From NCBI RefSeq assembly GCF_009914755.1, contig NC_060933.1: a DNA stretch of 64,000 nt; one strand, 5' to 3'. Within the stretch, counting starts at the first letter, position 1; each line of letters opens with the position of its first letter. This document shows, piece after piece, positions 44,481 through 62,419 of the stretch. The position numbers and the translations under genes are program-made. The stretch comes from the human T2T-CHM13v2.0 reference genome, Homo sapiens. The notes beneath the pieces were generated by a model. It did not search any database and was not told the DNA's origin. It saw nothing but the letters and a program-made list of their open reading frames with translations.

Positions 44481-45999
44481 AGAAAAGAATCCTCATAGCT
44501 GTAGATGCTAGTTCTCACAGGATTTGATCTAGCCCATTGCTGAGAGAACCAGGCTCAGTTACCAAATTCACATTAGTCCCATACTGCTGAACACTTGCCA
44601 TTGGGCTAGGAGTTGTAATCTGTGTATAACAGAATGCTAAAGTTCCAATAAAAGAGATTAGATGTGCAACTGAATGTAAGACAGGTAGTAAAATATGCAG
44701 AATTTACAAAGCAAGTTGTCTGGAACTAATTCCAGACTCCAGAACTTTCTTGCCCATATAAGAATATAAAAAGATTGAGAAAGGTAAGAAAAAGATTGAT
44801 TAGGAGAGAGGAGTGCTTTGCTGCGTTGTGTTCAGTCACTTTCCTGACCTTCAACACCAAACATTGGCACGGAGCAGGAAGAGCAGAGCAATGCCATATC
44901 TCCTGTCCCTTAAAATGTGTTTCTTGCAGTTGAAACACACACAGAGAGCTGATGCAGGGCTCATATCTGAGGAAGCTAACTGGCTGGAAGCAAAAAAAAT
45001 GATGGCTGTGCCAAAATCAGTCTGTTCTTGTTTGTGGCAACAAGGGACATATAAATGTTTCCAGTTAAGGGCCTAGTGGGCAGAGGGCTGGTCTGGGATC
45101 TCCTGGACCCTGAACTTCAGAGTGCACTCTTGAGAGGACAAAAATCCAGTAGGAAAATGCTGGAGATAGAATCAAATCCTAGGAGCTGCAGGAGAAATTG
45201 CAAGTGATCACTCAGGTTAGAAATAATCCTCTTAAGAGAGCTATGAGTGATAGATCAATGAATGGGACTCTCCAGAGAAACCATAAATTTGTCCCTAAGA
45301 CAAAGATGCAGCTTGAGACATCTACCAGGCTCAGAGAGCATGAAATCATATGTCATCAATGCCTGATCAAATAAGATCCCTCTCTCCCATTCCCCAAAAC
45401 CACCCCTGCCACCAGTCTGAAAATTAAGAAACTAACCAGCAATGCCCAGAGAAAAGAGAATTGCAAGAGAGGAATAGAGGAGAAGACAATCAACCCCTTC
45501 CCTTCCCACTGCATGGTTGATGAAGGCAGGTGAACGATACTGAGATGTCCCAGGGTTTAGAGTATCTAATCTTCGTGTGTCACTGGGAAGAAGTATTATT
45601 TGAAGATGCATAATTAGAAAACTCAAGAGGGGTAAATTGTGATTTAGAAGGACTGGTGCTTAATGCTAAGACCAATTGAGTCTAGAGTCAAGTCTAAATA
45701 AGTACGTTATTTTAAACATGTTAATAAAGTGGATACAAATGATGAAAGAGCTTACTGCTTGTAATAAAGTATAACAATCATATGCTAGAACTGAAATTGC
45801 AAATTATATAAACAAAGCAATTGCCAGGAGAAAGGATCAATTGGATCAGTTATCATTATACATAGGAAGGAGCCAAGAGAGCTCACTTCATTTTTTCACC
45901 GTACATATTACAAATATAGGCTTAAGAATATTTTTAAGTTTAGAATTAAGTCCAAATAAAACATCAACTGTGATAAGGAATTGTCAAATAAGATAAAGG

Positions 46000-47330
46000 C
46001 AAAGAAAACATCATTTATTTTGCAAGACAAATTTTTTTAATTAGCAAGAAAGCATAAAACATGATAGAAAAAAGTGTATCTATTACTACCACAAATATAA
46101 AGTTTATATTTCCTTATTCAAGACAAATAGTCTGAAATTCAACAAAAATGTCCAATTATATGTACCTTACAAGAAAGGCACTTAAAATTACATAGAAAGA
46201 TTAAAAGGAAAAGGGTGATACAAATTGATCATTAATGGAAAAAGCAGAGAGACCACATAATTTCAAAGATGAATTCAATGTGGGCAGTTGATAAAAGTAA
46301 AAAATATAAGACAAAGATTCTTACAAATAACATTATATTTAATATTGTTCTTCTCAAACCAGTGGGGAATAGAGCAAAAATAAGAAGAATAATTACAGGA
46401 AAAGAAAGAACAAAATTATCATCACTAGTGAAAGATATAATTATGGTCTTTAAAAGCCCAAAGAATTGAGAACTTCTTAAAATAATTGAATTCAGGAAAG
46501 AAGCCAGATAAAAGAAAATTATTCCAAAAATAGCTTTTCTGTTTATCATCAATAACCATTGAGAAGATATAATGGGAGAAAAATATTCTATTCACCATAG
46601 GTTCACAAAAACAAAGTGCCTAGGACTGGACTTAATAAGTATGCTCACCTTACATGAAGGAAACTACGAACTTTACAGAAACCTATAAAAGAACCTTTGT
46701 TCAATAAAGTGAGATACTTCATTTCTGGATGAAAAGACTTAATATTGTAAATGTTCCATTATTCTAATTTTCCCCAAATAATTTATAGTTCTAATTGGAT
46801 ACTGATAAAAATCCTTAGGGGCTTTTTTTTAAACTAACATAAATGATTTAATTATATTTATTTGGAACTAAGTCTAGGTGATAATGGCCATGAAAATTTT
46901 GAAGAGAAGTGATAAGGAAGAACCTGTCTGTAAGAAAATTATAGGCCTATTATGTTTAGAATAATATGAGACTGACAAAGAATAAGTAGGTAAATCTAAG
47001 AAATAAAAGAGCTAGCCTTGAAATTGTATACGTTATATCCTTATATACAATAGAAGATCATCTAAAATCAATGGGAAACAAGTTAATTGTTCAATGAATA
47101 GTGTTGAAAATTTGGGCTATTTGGAAAAAACTGTTCCTTGTATTTCATCATATAATAAAATTGTATTTGAGGTAGATTAAAAAGGCAAATGTAAGGAAGA
47201 AGACCTTTAAAAATCTAGAAGAAATTATGAGTGAAGGATCATTTGGTCACTTGATGAGAATTGACTGTACAACCATAAAAATAACAAAAGAACAAGATAC
47301 AAAACTTCACATATAGTATAAATGCGATTC
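46000..47330 (+). mobile_element. Old L1M ORF2-derived fragments; boundaries approximate
   Basis: A-rich with degenerate ORF2 motifs (caaaattatcatcactag, tggatgaaaagacttaatattgt, tgttcaatgaatagtgttg). Confidence 0.55.
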
Positions 47331-48370
47331 CATAAAACAAAACCAACTCTGGCATGCACTCATGCACATGTGTGTGTATGTAAAAATGGTAAAAATACAG
47401 CTATATTTATTTTCTTCTTATCTTGCTTTCTGTGTTTTTTTTAATATTCTCTGCAGTGAGCCTATTACTTTTATATTCATAAATGAATCTGTTTTATGAC
47501 ATGCCAAATAAGCTATGGAATAGGTTAATGATAAACAAAGCAAGAAGGTAAAGGGATAAACTCCCAATAAAACAGATTTTAAAATATAAACAAATAAAGG
47601 CGTATTCAATATAGTAAGAAAAAAATGAGAAAATTTGATCAAAAAGAAAAATGGCTCCAATTTTTTTTCAATGGATATAATAAATCATTAAAAGTGAAAG
47701 GAGTTTTGTGTTAAAACAAACAGAAAACATCTATTAGTTGTCTATAGACCTAGTGTTTAGGTCTGTATGAACAAGGTATGTCACTTCTCGGGGCCACCAC
47801 TATAAAATAGGAAGCTTGAGCTAAACCCAGCCTGGTTTTGCAAACCTGGCTAATGAGTTTTTTACTGGGTGACTTTTAAAACCAGCAATATGCATAGTGC
47901 TACTATGTGCCAGGTTTTATGTCAAGCACATAATAAGTATTTATCATTTAATCCTCTCAGTTACTCTAAGAAATAGGTACTATAAACCCACTTTAAGTTG
48001 AAGAAAATGAGACCAAAAGTCACACAGTTAGTTAAGTGGACGTTTGAACCCAGGCAATCTGGGCCCAGCGTCCATGCTCTTAACTATTATTTGGACTCAG
48101 AAATTTATCCTTGAAAAGCTACCCAAGTGATTTACCTGATCAATTTGACTAGTCTGCCTCACAGTTTTTTTCCAGATCTTAATTCTATGATTTTGTTTTA
48201 TCATTTCTTTATGATTCCTTGTCATATCAATTCCTTGGGGTAATAATGTTCAATATTTGACTGGGCCCCTTAGGAGAAATCCCAGTGAGAAGCCAGATTG
48301 TGAAAGATAGAAGTATTTCCAAACATCATCTTGGATCATCTTTCCTCAGCACAAAATCTCAGCTGTTTCA

Positions 48371-48641
<271 letters not shown>

Positions 48642-49293
48642 TCAGCTGTTTCAGCAGGTGCAGTTTCCCCGGTTTCCCCAATAAACAAATTATAGAGTTC
48701 ATGAATCAGCAGCACTGCATGTTAAATATTTCAAATAAATGGAATCCACTTTCTGTCATTATTTCAATATATAGAGATCAATAGGAGAAAAACAAGAGAA
48801 TTAAAAGAGATTGGAAGACGCAGGAGGTCTTTGGGAGCCTGTCTCCTTGATGAGCTAGCCCTTCATCCCAAAGCCTGGAAGAGTGACAAATCTGTGACAA
48901 ACATAACCATGGGACTGAGATTCTCCTCCCTCCCCCTAGTTTCCTGTGACCTTGCAGAGTGGACCCCCTGATTTCAAGAAGGACAAAAGGAAGCATCAAA
49001 GAGAAGGTGTTATAAAAGGTCAAATGACAAGCTGAAGAGTATTGGGAGTAAAGGAGGAAGAAGGTTAGCACGTAACTAGCCCCAGTCCTTCCCAAGTTGC
49101 TGTACTGATGGTGGACCTAGAAGAGAACCAGAGAAGGGAAATTTTATACAAAACCTACTGTTTTAAGCACTTACTAGCAGAACCAACAAGCCTGCAGTTC
49201 CAATGAGTCGCTGGCAGTTTTACCCCCAAAAGCACAGGAACTCTCCCTGGCATGGGGGCGAGCATGAGTAAGCCTGTGTAACTGGCTCTCTTA

Positions 49294-49587
<294 letters not shown>

Positions 49588-50161
49588 TTAGAAACCAGTA
49601 CTCCGTCCCATGAATACTTATTCCCTCTCACTGCCTCAGGAACACTCATGTACCTTCCAATCATTCACTGAGTGGGTTGTCATTATTCTGAAAGCTTGTA
49701 GTTTCCTTTACTGAAAAACGGTTGACCAGTTGTCTCATCGTGCCCTCACCCACCAAAAGTTAAACTGAGAGAAAAAATAATAAAATATGTTGTCTGAGGC
49801 TTGAACATCTCTGACAAATAGACCAGTGACTCACTGCAGGCCTTCCACAGTCTAGCTCCAGTCTTTCCTTTACAGAATCAGCTTCCATGTCTCTATCATA
49901 CAATCTCTACTAGGCTGTCTACTCACTGAAATCCCCTCCCCATGTGGCTATCACGCACTCAAATCCTGCGTATCCTTCCAGGTCCACCTGGTCTTTTTAC
50001 TAAGCCTTCCCTTAAACATTCTTTGACCACCTGAACCAACATGCTCTTTCTCACTGAAAACCATAATTGTCTCTCCAACAGTCTTCACATCTCTAACCAA
50101 ATGTATTTCCACTCTTGTTTAGTATATAATACTCATAAGCCACTTTCAAATTAAAAAAAAA

Positions 50162-50282
50162 TTGTACAGATGAGGTCTTGCTAGGTTGCCCAGACTGGTC
50201 TTGAAACCCTGGCCTCAAGCAGTCTTCCTGCCTCAGCCTCCCAAAGTGCTGGGATTATAGGTGTGAGCCACCATGCCCAGCC
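50162..50282 (-). mobile_element. FLAM-type Alu monomer
   Basis: single left-arm monomer. Confidence 0.8.
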
Positions 50283-50873
50283 ACCCACTTTTTTTTTTTT
50301 TTTTTGGAGTCTCATTTCTCAGACGTACAAAATAGAACAAATGTGCCGTTAACTGTCATTCTGTCCAAAATTCAAAGTATTACTACTATTGCTATGATTA
50401 TCCCTTATATTTCTTGGCTTCTCATAGTTTCTAGAGAGAACAGGAGGTGCCCAAAATAGGTTGATTGAGTGAATAGCAGAAGGAATGTTACCCATAAACT
50501 CTTCCTAATTTCGTCTATCACTGCTACCCACTAGCTTTACTTCAAATTTGCTCATAATCCAATAATACTCCATAAATGCACCAACTACTACTGTTGCTAT
50601 TACTAATAACAGCTGACAATGAGTACCTACTGTGAGCCAGACACTGTGTTAAGTACTGTGTGTATGTATAACCTCATTTACTCTTATCCTTACCCAACCC
50701 TACAGGGCAGCTATTTTCCTTTCTCATTTTAGAGAGGCTTAGACAGGTTAATAACTAAAATTACACAGAAAATAAAGAACAGATGAAGTTCTCAAAACCA
50801 GGTCTTTCTGATTGTAAAGTCTGTGCTCTTAACCACTAACTGACACTGTTCAGCCAGCTAAAATGACTAGTTA

Positions 50874-51440
<567 letters not shown>

Positions 51441-52313
51441 TTACCCTGGTGTCAACACCTTTTCCTGCCACTTCTTCCTCCCAACATCTTTCTTTCAACA
51501 CCTGCTCTCAAACTCATCATGCACGTGGATATTTAATGACTGCTGAGATCTCAGAGTCTCACTTCTAGCACATGTGTAATTTAAGAGTCTCAAGCCTATA
51601 TAATTTCTGGATTGACTTTTAATTCAGGAGTGAAGGGGTGAGTGGTTTCTGAAGCATTCAGGCCTTTTTGCCCTTCAGAAATACCACTACATAGGTGGTC
51701 ATTTGCAGCCTAGTTTGGGTGCCCAGCTCAGTGCTTGGCATGTAAAAAGCATATTCAGCAATTGCCACTTCCATTCCCTCCATCCACTTAGCAACTTTAA
51801 TCTCAGGTTGTTTGAAGAGTCTAAAATAGAGGGGTGTCATTTTTTTTGAAGGGAGAAGATTAATGAGTGATATGCATGCATCAATAATGCAGCTTCTAAT
51901 TGATGTGCTCTTATTATGGCCCAGGCATTATGCTAAATTCTCTATGATAGTATATAACATAATCCTTATAAAAACCTAGGATATCCAGACATTGTTAATC
52001 CCATTTTATGGAGGAAGAAACTCAGGCATAACGGGCTCAGGTAGCTTGCCAAAGGGGCTGGAGAAGGAGAAGCAGTAAGAGGGGAACAAACATGCTCCCT
52101 GTTTTCTGCTGCCTACTCCCCTGAATATTTTATTTCAAATGTGCTGAAGACCAAGAGGGGAAGAAGCTCCTCTAACCCTGCATTTCATGTATACTCTTCC
52201 AGCCTCCCAGCAGCCTAGAAACCCAAGGAAGGAGTAGAAGAAGCAAGCATTCATCAGCTTTTTTTCTTTTTTAAATTTATTTTTACTTTTAATTTTGTGG
52301 GTACGTAGTAGGT

Positions 52314-53182
52314 ATGTATATATATACACATATATATACACACATATATATACACATATATATACACATATATATACATATATACACATATATACACACA
52401 TATATATACACATATATACACATGTATACATATATACACATATATACATATATACACACATATATACACATATATACACACATATATACACACATATATA
52501 CACATATATACACATATATACACATATATATGCACATATATATGCACATATATACACATATATACATATATACATATATACACATATATACATATATACA
52601 CATATATACATATATACGTATATATACATATATACGTATATATACACATATATATACGTATATATACACATATATACATATATACACATATACACATATA
52701 CACATATATACACATATACACACATATACACATATACACATATATACACATATATACATATATACACATATATACATATATATACACATATATACATATA
52801 TACACATATATACATATATACATATATACATATATACATATATACACATATACATATATACATATATACACATATATATAAACATATATACACATATATA
52901 TACATATATACACATATATACATATATACACATATATACGTATATACACATGTATGTACATATATACACATATATACATATATACACACATATACATATA
53001 TACACATATATACACATATATACACACATATATACATATATACACATATACACATATATACATATATACATATATACATATATACACATATATACATATA
53101 TACACATATATACATATATACACATATATATACATATATACACATATATACACGTATATACATATATGTACACATATATATG
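52314..53182. repeat. ~870-bp compound (TA)/(CA) purine-pyrimidine alternating repeat
   Basis: tatatacaca/tatacata units; explains the YIHT- and VYMC-rich ORFs in the track. Confidence 0.97.
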
Positions 53183-53244
53183 TAATGGGGTACATGAGAT
53201 ACTTTCATACAGGCAAGCAATGTGTAATAATCCCATCTTAATAA

Positions 53245-53592
<348 letters not shown>

Positions 53593-54269
53593 TAACCTTT
53601 TTGTTACAAACAATCCAATTATAATCTTATAGTTATTTTAAAATGTGCCATTGAATTGTTACTGACGGTAGTCACCCTGTTGTGCTATCAAATACTAGGT
53701 CTTACCCATTCTAACTACTGTTTGTACTCATTAACCATCCCCATGTTCCCTGCAACTCCCCACTACCCTTCCCACCCGCTCCGCGCAAGTTCTTTGAAGT
53801 TATTTGTTTTTTAACTCTAAAGTCTTAGAAAGATCAAATGGCCCTGTATGCTGATTTCATATCTTCCTAAGGAATCCTTGAGTGCCGCTTCATTTTCTCA
53901 ACACAGCATTTTGTGACTCTCTTTTGGCGCTTGTTCTGCATCATAATTACCTGCTCATCTTTTGCCTTAGACTACAAGCACTAAAATAATCTGTGTATTC
54001 TCATCCTTTTGTTGATTATGCTCAACGTACAGCCTGGCCTGTAATAGGTGGTCATAAATGTTTGTAGAATGGTTCACTGTTCCAATGTCTTGTACAAAAG
54101 TCTTTTACATTAGTCTAATGCTTAAAGGAAATTCACACCAACATATCTAACCAAATATTCTTAAAAGCAATAAAAACCAAATAAAAAACCCTATAAAGGC
54201 CTACTCCACATACATCAGTTCTCAGTGACTTTTATGAAGTCAGATATACCATAATCGTGAGCTTAAATT

Positions 54270-54820
54270 TAAAATTAATTTTCACTGGGATATAATTCAT
54301 ATACCACAAAGTTCATCTTTTAAAAATATACAACTCAGAGTTTTTTAGTGTAGTCCCAAGGTTGTACAACCATCATGACTACCTAATTCCAGAAGACTTT
54401 CATCAACCCCAAAAGAGACATATTTCCCTTCCCCAGCCTCTGGCAACCACTAATCTACTCTCCGTCTCTGTGAATTTGCCAGTTCTAGACATTTCATACA
54501 AATGGAACAATACAATATGTGACACTTTGTGCCTGGCTTCTTTTACTTGGCATAATGTTTTCAAGGTTCATTCATGCTGTAGCCTTTATCAGTGCTTCGT
54601 TGTTTTTTTATGGCTGAATGATATTCCATTCCATGAATATACCACATATTGTTTATCCATTCATCAGTTGGATTTATTCCATTTTTTGGCTGTTATGAAT
54701 AATGTTGCATTGAACTTTAAGTGCAAGTTCTTATGTAAAACATAAGTTTTCATTTTTCTTATATATATGCGTAGGAGAAGAACTGCTGTCTCCTACGGTC
54801 ATTCCATGTTTAACTCCATA
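54270..54820 (-). mobile_element. L1MB-type 3' fragment
   Basis: ggcaaccactaatctact...gacatttcatacaaatggaac. Confidence 0.75.
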
Positions 54821-54841
54821 GTTGATTTTTAAAGAATTTTA

Positions 54842-55227
<386 letters not shown>

Positions 55228-55589
55228 TCATTTTTGGAATATATTTTCTCCCTGATTTTCATTAAGAATTTGTAGTTTATAATTTCCATTTTCTACCATA
55301 AGTGGTGGGTTGGAACACCAGAGATACCTATATAAGGACACTAGAGGGAAACAGGATACGGCTAAAAATTTGCCACAGAAGAATCCTAGGGAAGATGACA
55401 CAAGTGGAAATAACTGAAAGTTGGCTACAAATCTTGCCTGATCCACTCAGGCCTCCAGTTTCTGTTGATTACTTTCTTGTCTGGAATCTATTAACTCCCC
55501 TCATGACAATACATATCCACAAGAAAAGCCCTCATAAGAACACAGAATGGTTACTTGGCAGCAAATGAGCGATGTTCCCGTGCCGCTTA

Positions 55590-55685
<96 letters not shown>

Positions 55686-57442
55686 CTAGTTCACATGAAG
55701 AATTGGATAAATATCTATGAGAAAATTGGTACAAGATTTAACATTTTGCCAGGAGAGCACTGCCTGGAGAAAATATGCTCTGTTAGTAATGTGTGTATGT
55801 GTGTGAGTGTGTGTGTCTTCACCACCACCACCTCTACCCTACCCCCATACCCAGTCACCATCCTACTTATACAGCTGTCTCTTGTTTTGAGAATATCTAA
55901 GTTGTGAAAACCAAAGCAGTTCAAGAAAATTAGTTAAGGGATGATTACGTCTCTAAATAAGTGTCTTTTTACCACCTAGAGTGCATTTAAAACATACTTT
56001 CATTTTTCGAAATTTTATTTACCCCTTTCAGGGGTTCACAGCAATTGAGTTAGAGAGTTCTTTCTGTGTGTCTGCATGAAAAGGCATGCTTTAACCCACC
56101 CACAAACACACTGTATTCTTTCTGTATATCTGTGTTCTCCTTTCATTTCTTTTTTTTTCCGAATAGTATTCTCATATTCAAAGATGAAGCCACTGACTAT
56201 GGACACTACTGTGGTTAATCAGAGCCTAACATGACCCAGAGTTGTGTCTTGCATACTTGCAAAAAACTGCTTTCATTAGTTAGGCAATAGCAGAAATGGC
56301 AGATGAGAAAAACAGAAATCTAAAAGCAATTTCCTCTATTCAAATAAAATTATAATGAACTGTCTCAACTCACTCAGAATTATTAGGAGATTGTTAACTG
56401 TTATATTTTGGGAACCTGATTTTTAGAGGAAGAATCATCTCTCCCACCCATATCATGCCCTTCATTCTGCCCAATCTGACTCTGGTAGAGTTCTAATACC
56501 CTTGAGGTATGCACGCATGTCCACCATTGTGTTCGTGGTGTTTCGTCTGTACCTTTTCACAGCCTCAAACATTTTCAGACAACATAATTCACTCAGAGAA
56601 GACTTTACCACTAATACAAACGATTTTCTTTTCCCGCAGATATCATTGATTCCTCTTTTAAATTGACAACTAGGAAGGAGATAAAGCAAAGACCTTCCCC
56701 ATATCATTGACAAATAGTCATGGTAATAAAGAGACAGTCTGCTTTGTTAAAAGAAACATCTGTTTTATGTTTCATAATATGTTTTCCTTTTATAAAAGGC
56801 GACAACCATAATTGTCCATAAATTTACTAACTAAAACAAAGGAGAGCTAAATCCTTTTCTAATTACTGTCTAGCTTTGTTTTTTTCCACTTCAACTGCTT
56901 TTCAATTACAATTTATAATTAAATTGTCACACATTCCTAGCTCATTACTCACTTTAATGACAGTAAAATGGTTCAAAGTAGAGATACTTTCTTACCGCTA
57001 TATTTCCTATTCAAAAAAGCAAGTTTAGTGCTAACCTGGGGTGCTTTCCACCCAGCAAATTTCTTGCTTTGGGCTAGGTGTGAGAAGTGCCATGTGTGAG
57101 GGAGTCTTGTCCTAAAACATGAGGAAAACATATTGCCATCAACCTCATCTAATTGACTATATCAAGAGGGTTATCTGAACAGAAGGCACTGGTGTGCATC
57201 AACTGAAATCCCTTTCCAAATATTCAACAGGAAAATGAACCTGTTGATCCTAAGACAAACTTCAGTAATGAAATGAAAACACTAATTGAACAGATGTTAA
57301 ACAAAACATTTTCTGTGCAAGTCACATGAAACTGTTCATTACACAGCAGGGTGTTGTTAATACAGTCGTCTTGCTAGAAATGGGTTCACATAAGCTTGGC
57401 TTTCAGCTTATTACTAAGCTCTATTAAAGAATAATGTTTAGG

Positions 57443-57443
<1 letters not shown>

Positions 57444-57483
<40 letters not shown>
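57444..57483. repeat. (TG)~20 microsatellite
   Basis: direct inspection. Confidence 0.95.
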
Positions 57484-57484
<1 letters not shown>

Positions 57485-58533
57485 ACATGCACTTAGCTAT
57501 GCTTAATTTCTAAAACTCCATAAGGAACGAACCCCTAGGGAAGGACTGAACCAGCCTGCGTTAAAAACCAAGCACAAATTCAACAAAACAAAACAGACTT
57601 AGGAATCTTGTTTTTGTTGAAATTATGAGAATAACAAATAGGAACAATCACCTGGCAGTTTGAGAAACAAAGTTCTCCCATGATATAGATTTCTCTCACA
57701 CACAGTTTTAATATTTGGCCAAAAAAAGTACTGAAACTCCATATTTTAATGAACTCCTTTACCACAGAATAAATATTAGAAGATATAAATCCCATACCGA
57801 CTTTAGAGGCTATAAATCCATTTGAGATGTCATATTTGCCTCTGGAAATACATACACTAAGTATTCATGACTTGATTCTACTTTTTCTTAATGAGCAATA
57901 GCAGGCTAGGGAATCAGTATATTCAGAGGTGTTTCTCAGCAACCAAGGCAATTTGTGGTTTCTCCTCTATACTGTCTTTCTAGTAACTGGAGTTTTACCT
58001 TAAAATCAGAGAGTGTGAGATGGAGATGACTTGCAGGCCTATTCCAATCCTTGATTCTTGTGAACAAATGTTTTTTACCTAGTTCTAGTCACTTGGATCC
58101 CTTTTTGCTCCTCAGTGCCTTGGAGCAGGCCAAGCAATCAGGACCATTAAAACATCACTAAAGATATATAATGGGGACAATTTTATTTCTCTCAGAGAGA
58201 CTGCCATATACGGTAAGGAGTCATAGGCCATTTGAGGTAGGGAGAGGAGAGCTCTCAGAGGCTGGCTTAGGTAACAATAGATTATCTCCAAATTGCCTAC
58301 TAAGGAGAATCTGGTCATCTGCAGGGCTTTTGTTTTGCTCAGTTGGGCATGCATGCTTGAGGTCCAAACTGGAAGACAGCTTAGACAGCTTGCTCCTGCG
58401 AGCTACCAGTGGGAATTTTCCTTCTTCTCTTTTTCACAATATACTCAGGCCCACTTCTAAATAAATGTTGAATGATTTTTAAAAATATATTGATTGGAAG
58501 AGGTACCATATTATCAATCACCAGTCTTTATAA

Positions 58534-58943
<410 letters not shown>

Positions 58944-60371
58944 TGCATTTTCCTTTCGACCCCAGTCCCTGTAGTTGGGTCTCTATCACCCACTCCTGAG
59001 CTTATTTGTATTGCTTCCTCATCCTATGTAGCACATTGGGGTTCTAGTATGAGCAATCCCAGGTATCTTCTTTTTCCCTGACTCGTAAGTGCCAATCAAA
59101 ACACATTCAGAATGCAAGTATAATTGGGAGTAACTGAGGAGACACTGCAACTACCAAACACTTGGGAATACAATGGCTAATATGTGGAGCCATTGTTGAA
59201 TTCTAACATGTTTTAGATACCCATCTAAAGCTCTTTGACTGACGATAAAATCTTACAAGCAACTAGGCAGAGACATTTGGTTACTACCACATCAGAAATA
59301 CCTGCAAAGTGAGACCCTCTTCCAAAGAATTCTGATGTGTTTCAGAATGGGTCTATAACTTGAAGTGTGGTAAATGGAGTGTCTAGAGACACCAGTTGAG
59401 CTAGTATCCATCTAAGTCTTTTTTTCTCTCTCTGTAATACCTAGTACCACTTTTCAATAACCTCGTGGATTAGTTTTCTTTAGCCAAATGAAAAGGAAAT
59501 AAAGTTCATAGTTCAGCAAAAGAGAATGGTCCATTTTTCCAGAAGCAGCAGCAGCATCTAGTGTTGAATATTCTCAAGATTGTTTGCACTGGGAGCAAAG
59601 TTACAGGACAGTGGGAACAAGTAATAAAATCAGAAGCAATTTTTTAAAATTATGTATAGTGGTAACTCCTACTTTAAGCAAAAACAGTGTTAGAGAATAT
59701 AGACTTTTTAAACCCAATGAATTAGGAGGTAACTCTTCACTCTACAAGAAGATTGACAATAGAATACCCTTAAATATAAAGGTCTCCAAGATTTTGATTA
59801 AAAGGAAAAAAATTAAGCAGATAATTTCAAAGAACAGTGAATATTTAAAGTGAAGTATCTTCACATCTCTTTTCTACTTCTTTTCCCTTACTCAGAAAAA
59901 ATGTTTAAGTGATGTTAATAGATGAAACATCTTCAAGTTTTACCTTTGCTATGCTAAGGTCACAGGTATGTCCTAAAAATGTCTTGAAATCTTGATCTCT
60001 TATCCAAAGCCACTCTGACTGGCAATGGATGTGATAACTCGGGGCAGGAATAACTCCAATGTAATTCTCTTACATGATGCTTTGCGCTTTTTCCTGTATA
60101 ATTAGCTACTCTATAAGGTCAAGCAGCTGGTGAGATATACCAGAGTTATCTTCAGGAAAGAGGAGAAATTGGAAAGACTTACTGAAACAGTGCATTATTA
60201 AGAAAAAAATTACATGCATCCATATTAGTTTGAACCTGATTTCCTCTATAAATGTTATTATAATCAGGATTAAATCCTGCTGGTTTCAGGCTTGTAATCT
60301 GAAGTCAGCCAAGAATGTTTAAAAATAGGTTTCACCTCACATAGAAAAGCAGCGCAATACTATGCCTACTA

Positions 60372-61028
<657 letters not shown>

Positions 61029-61225
61029 CTGCAAATGGGAGAAGGGGTTGGAGTAAAGCGAGAGAGAGACCAAAAGGTTTATGTGGCTATTCAAAAGATC
61101 GCTACCAACAAAGGGATCTTTCAACCAGCCTATGAGTTCAGCTAAATTAAAAACAAATAAACTAACTTGACCTCTAGACCCATCTGAAAGGCAAAGCAGC
61201 CATTTCATTACCCTGCTTATAGCTC

Positions 61226-61265
61226 CTGCTTCCGGACTTGACATACCGCTTCCGGACTTGACATA
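61226..61265. repeat. 20-bp tandem duplication c(t/c)gcttccggacttgacata x2
   Basis: direct inspection; 19/20 identical. Confidence 0.9.
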
Positions 61266-62419
61266 TCCCAACCGGGATGTCAACTGTGTGGTCCAGGAGG
61301 AAACAGCCAGCCTTATTGCCAACAAGTGTGGCTTTTGTTCACTGAGTTCATAGACAGTTGTCAAACTCTTTGCTTCCCTTTCCTCATTTGTTAAATGAGG
61401 ATTATAATCTAATTTTTTTCAGAGAGCTGATAGGATTATTAACACATTGTTTGAAAACATGATTCATTCTAAATCAGTGCTACTTGGATAAGAAAGAAGT
61501 TTAATGATTTATCACACTGGGCACACTTCTGACTTTGCTGGGCAATGAAGACACCTAAGAAACATTTGAGTGGTAATTACAGAAAATATGCTTTTTTCTA
61601 AGTGAACATTCAAGTTTCTGTTTATGTGTGAAAGGGACTACGAATGAGGTGACATAGCTTCAGCACGCACAGCTAATGACACAGCATATGGACATGCGTA
61701 TTTATACTATCTACAATGCTAATTACATTCCCATGTACTCAACTTGCACAAATAGAGTCTTTGTTTCCACTTTATCCACTTAGAATTTCATGATGATTTC
61801 TCTGTGTTCCATAAGAAATGAAAAGATTTTATCTAAAGTAAAATGCACTGAAATATATCCCTAAATTCCCAGTATAATTAGGTGAACAAATAGTGGTTTG
61901 TTATGCCCAAAGAAAGGCCTTCCATGTTAATAATTTCAATAAATTTCTGTGCATAACCAGTAGATACCAAAATGAATGTTTGTCAGAAGGTTGTAGAAGA
62001 ACAAATGCCTCCATTATCCACATCTAATCTATTTCCATTCCCTTGTCACTGTTTGCAACCTTTCACTTTTGAGGCAGTGCCTGACTTGTGTCACCTGATA
62101 CCTGAGGGGTGTACACTTTACAGAGCAGCCTGTTTTTTATGGTATCAGTCCCAGAGTAAAACTGTTCTCACACTCCAACTGACTCTATTGTCCACAATCA
62201 AGCTGACTTAGGTTGGCTTATTTGGGCAAGAATGCACATCTGGTTGTTTTGTTTTTTGTTGCTGTTGTCTTTGTTTTTTTTCTTAAATTTAAAATGCCTT
62301 TTATTATGCTCTGCAAAATGTAAATGTCACACACTTGGTAATATTCCTGTTACATAATCAGTGTATCCTTTTATCAATAGAAAAAATACCCTTAGAAAGG
62401 CTATCAATTTAATATGGTT

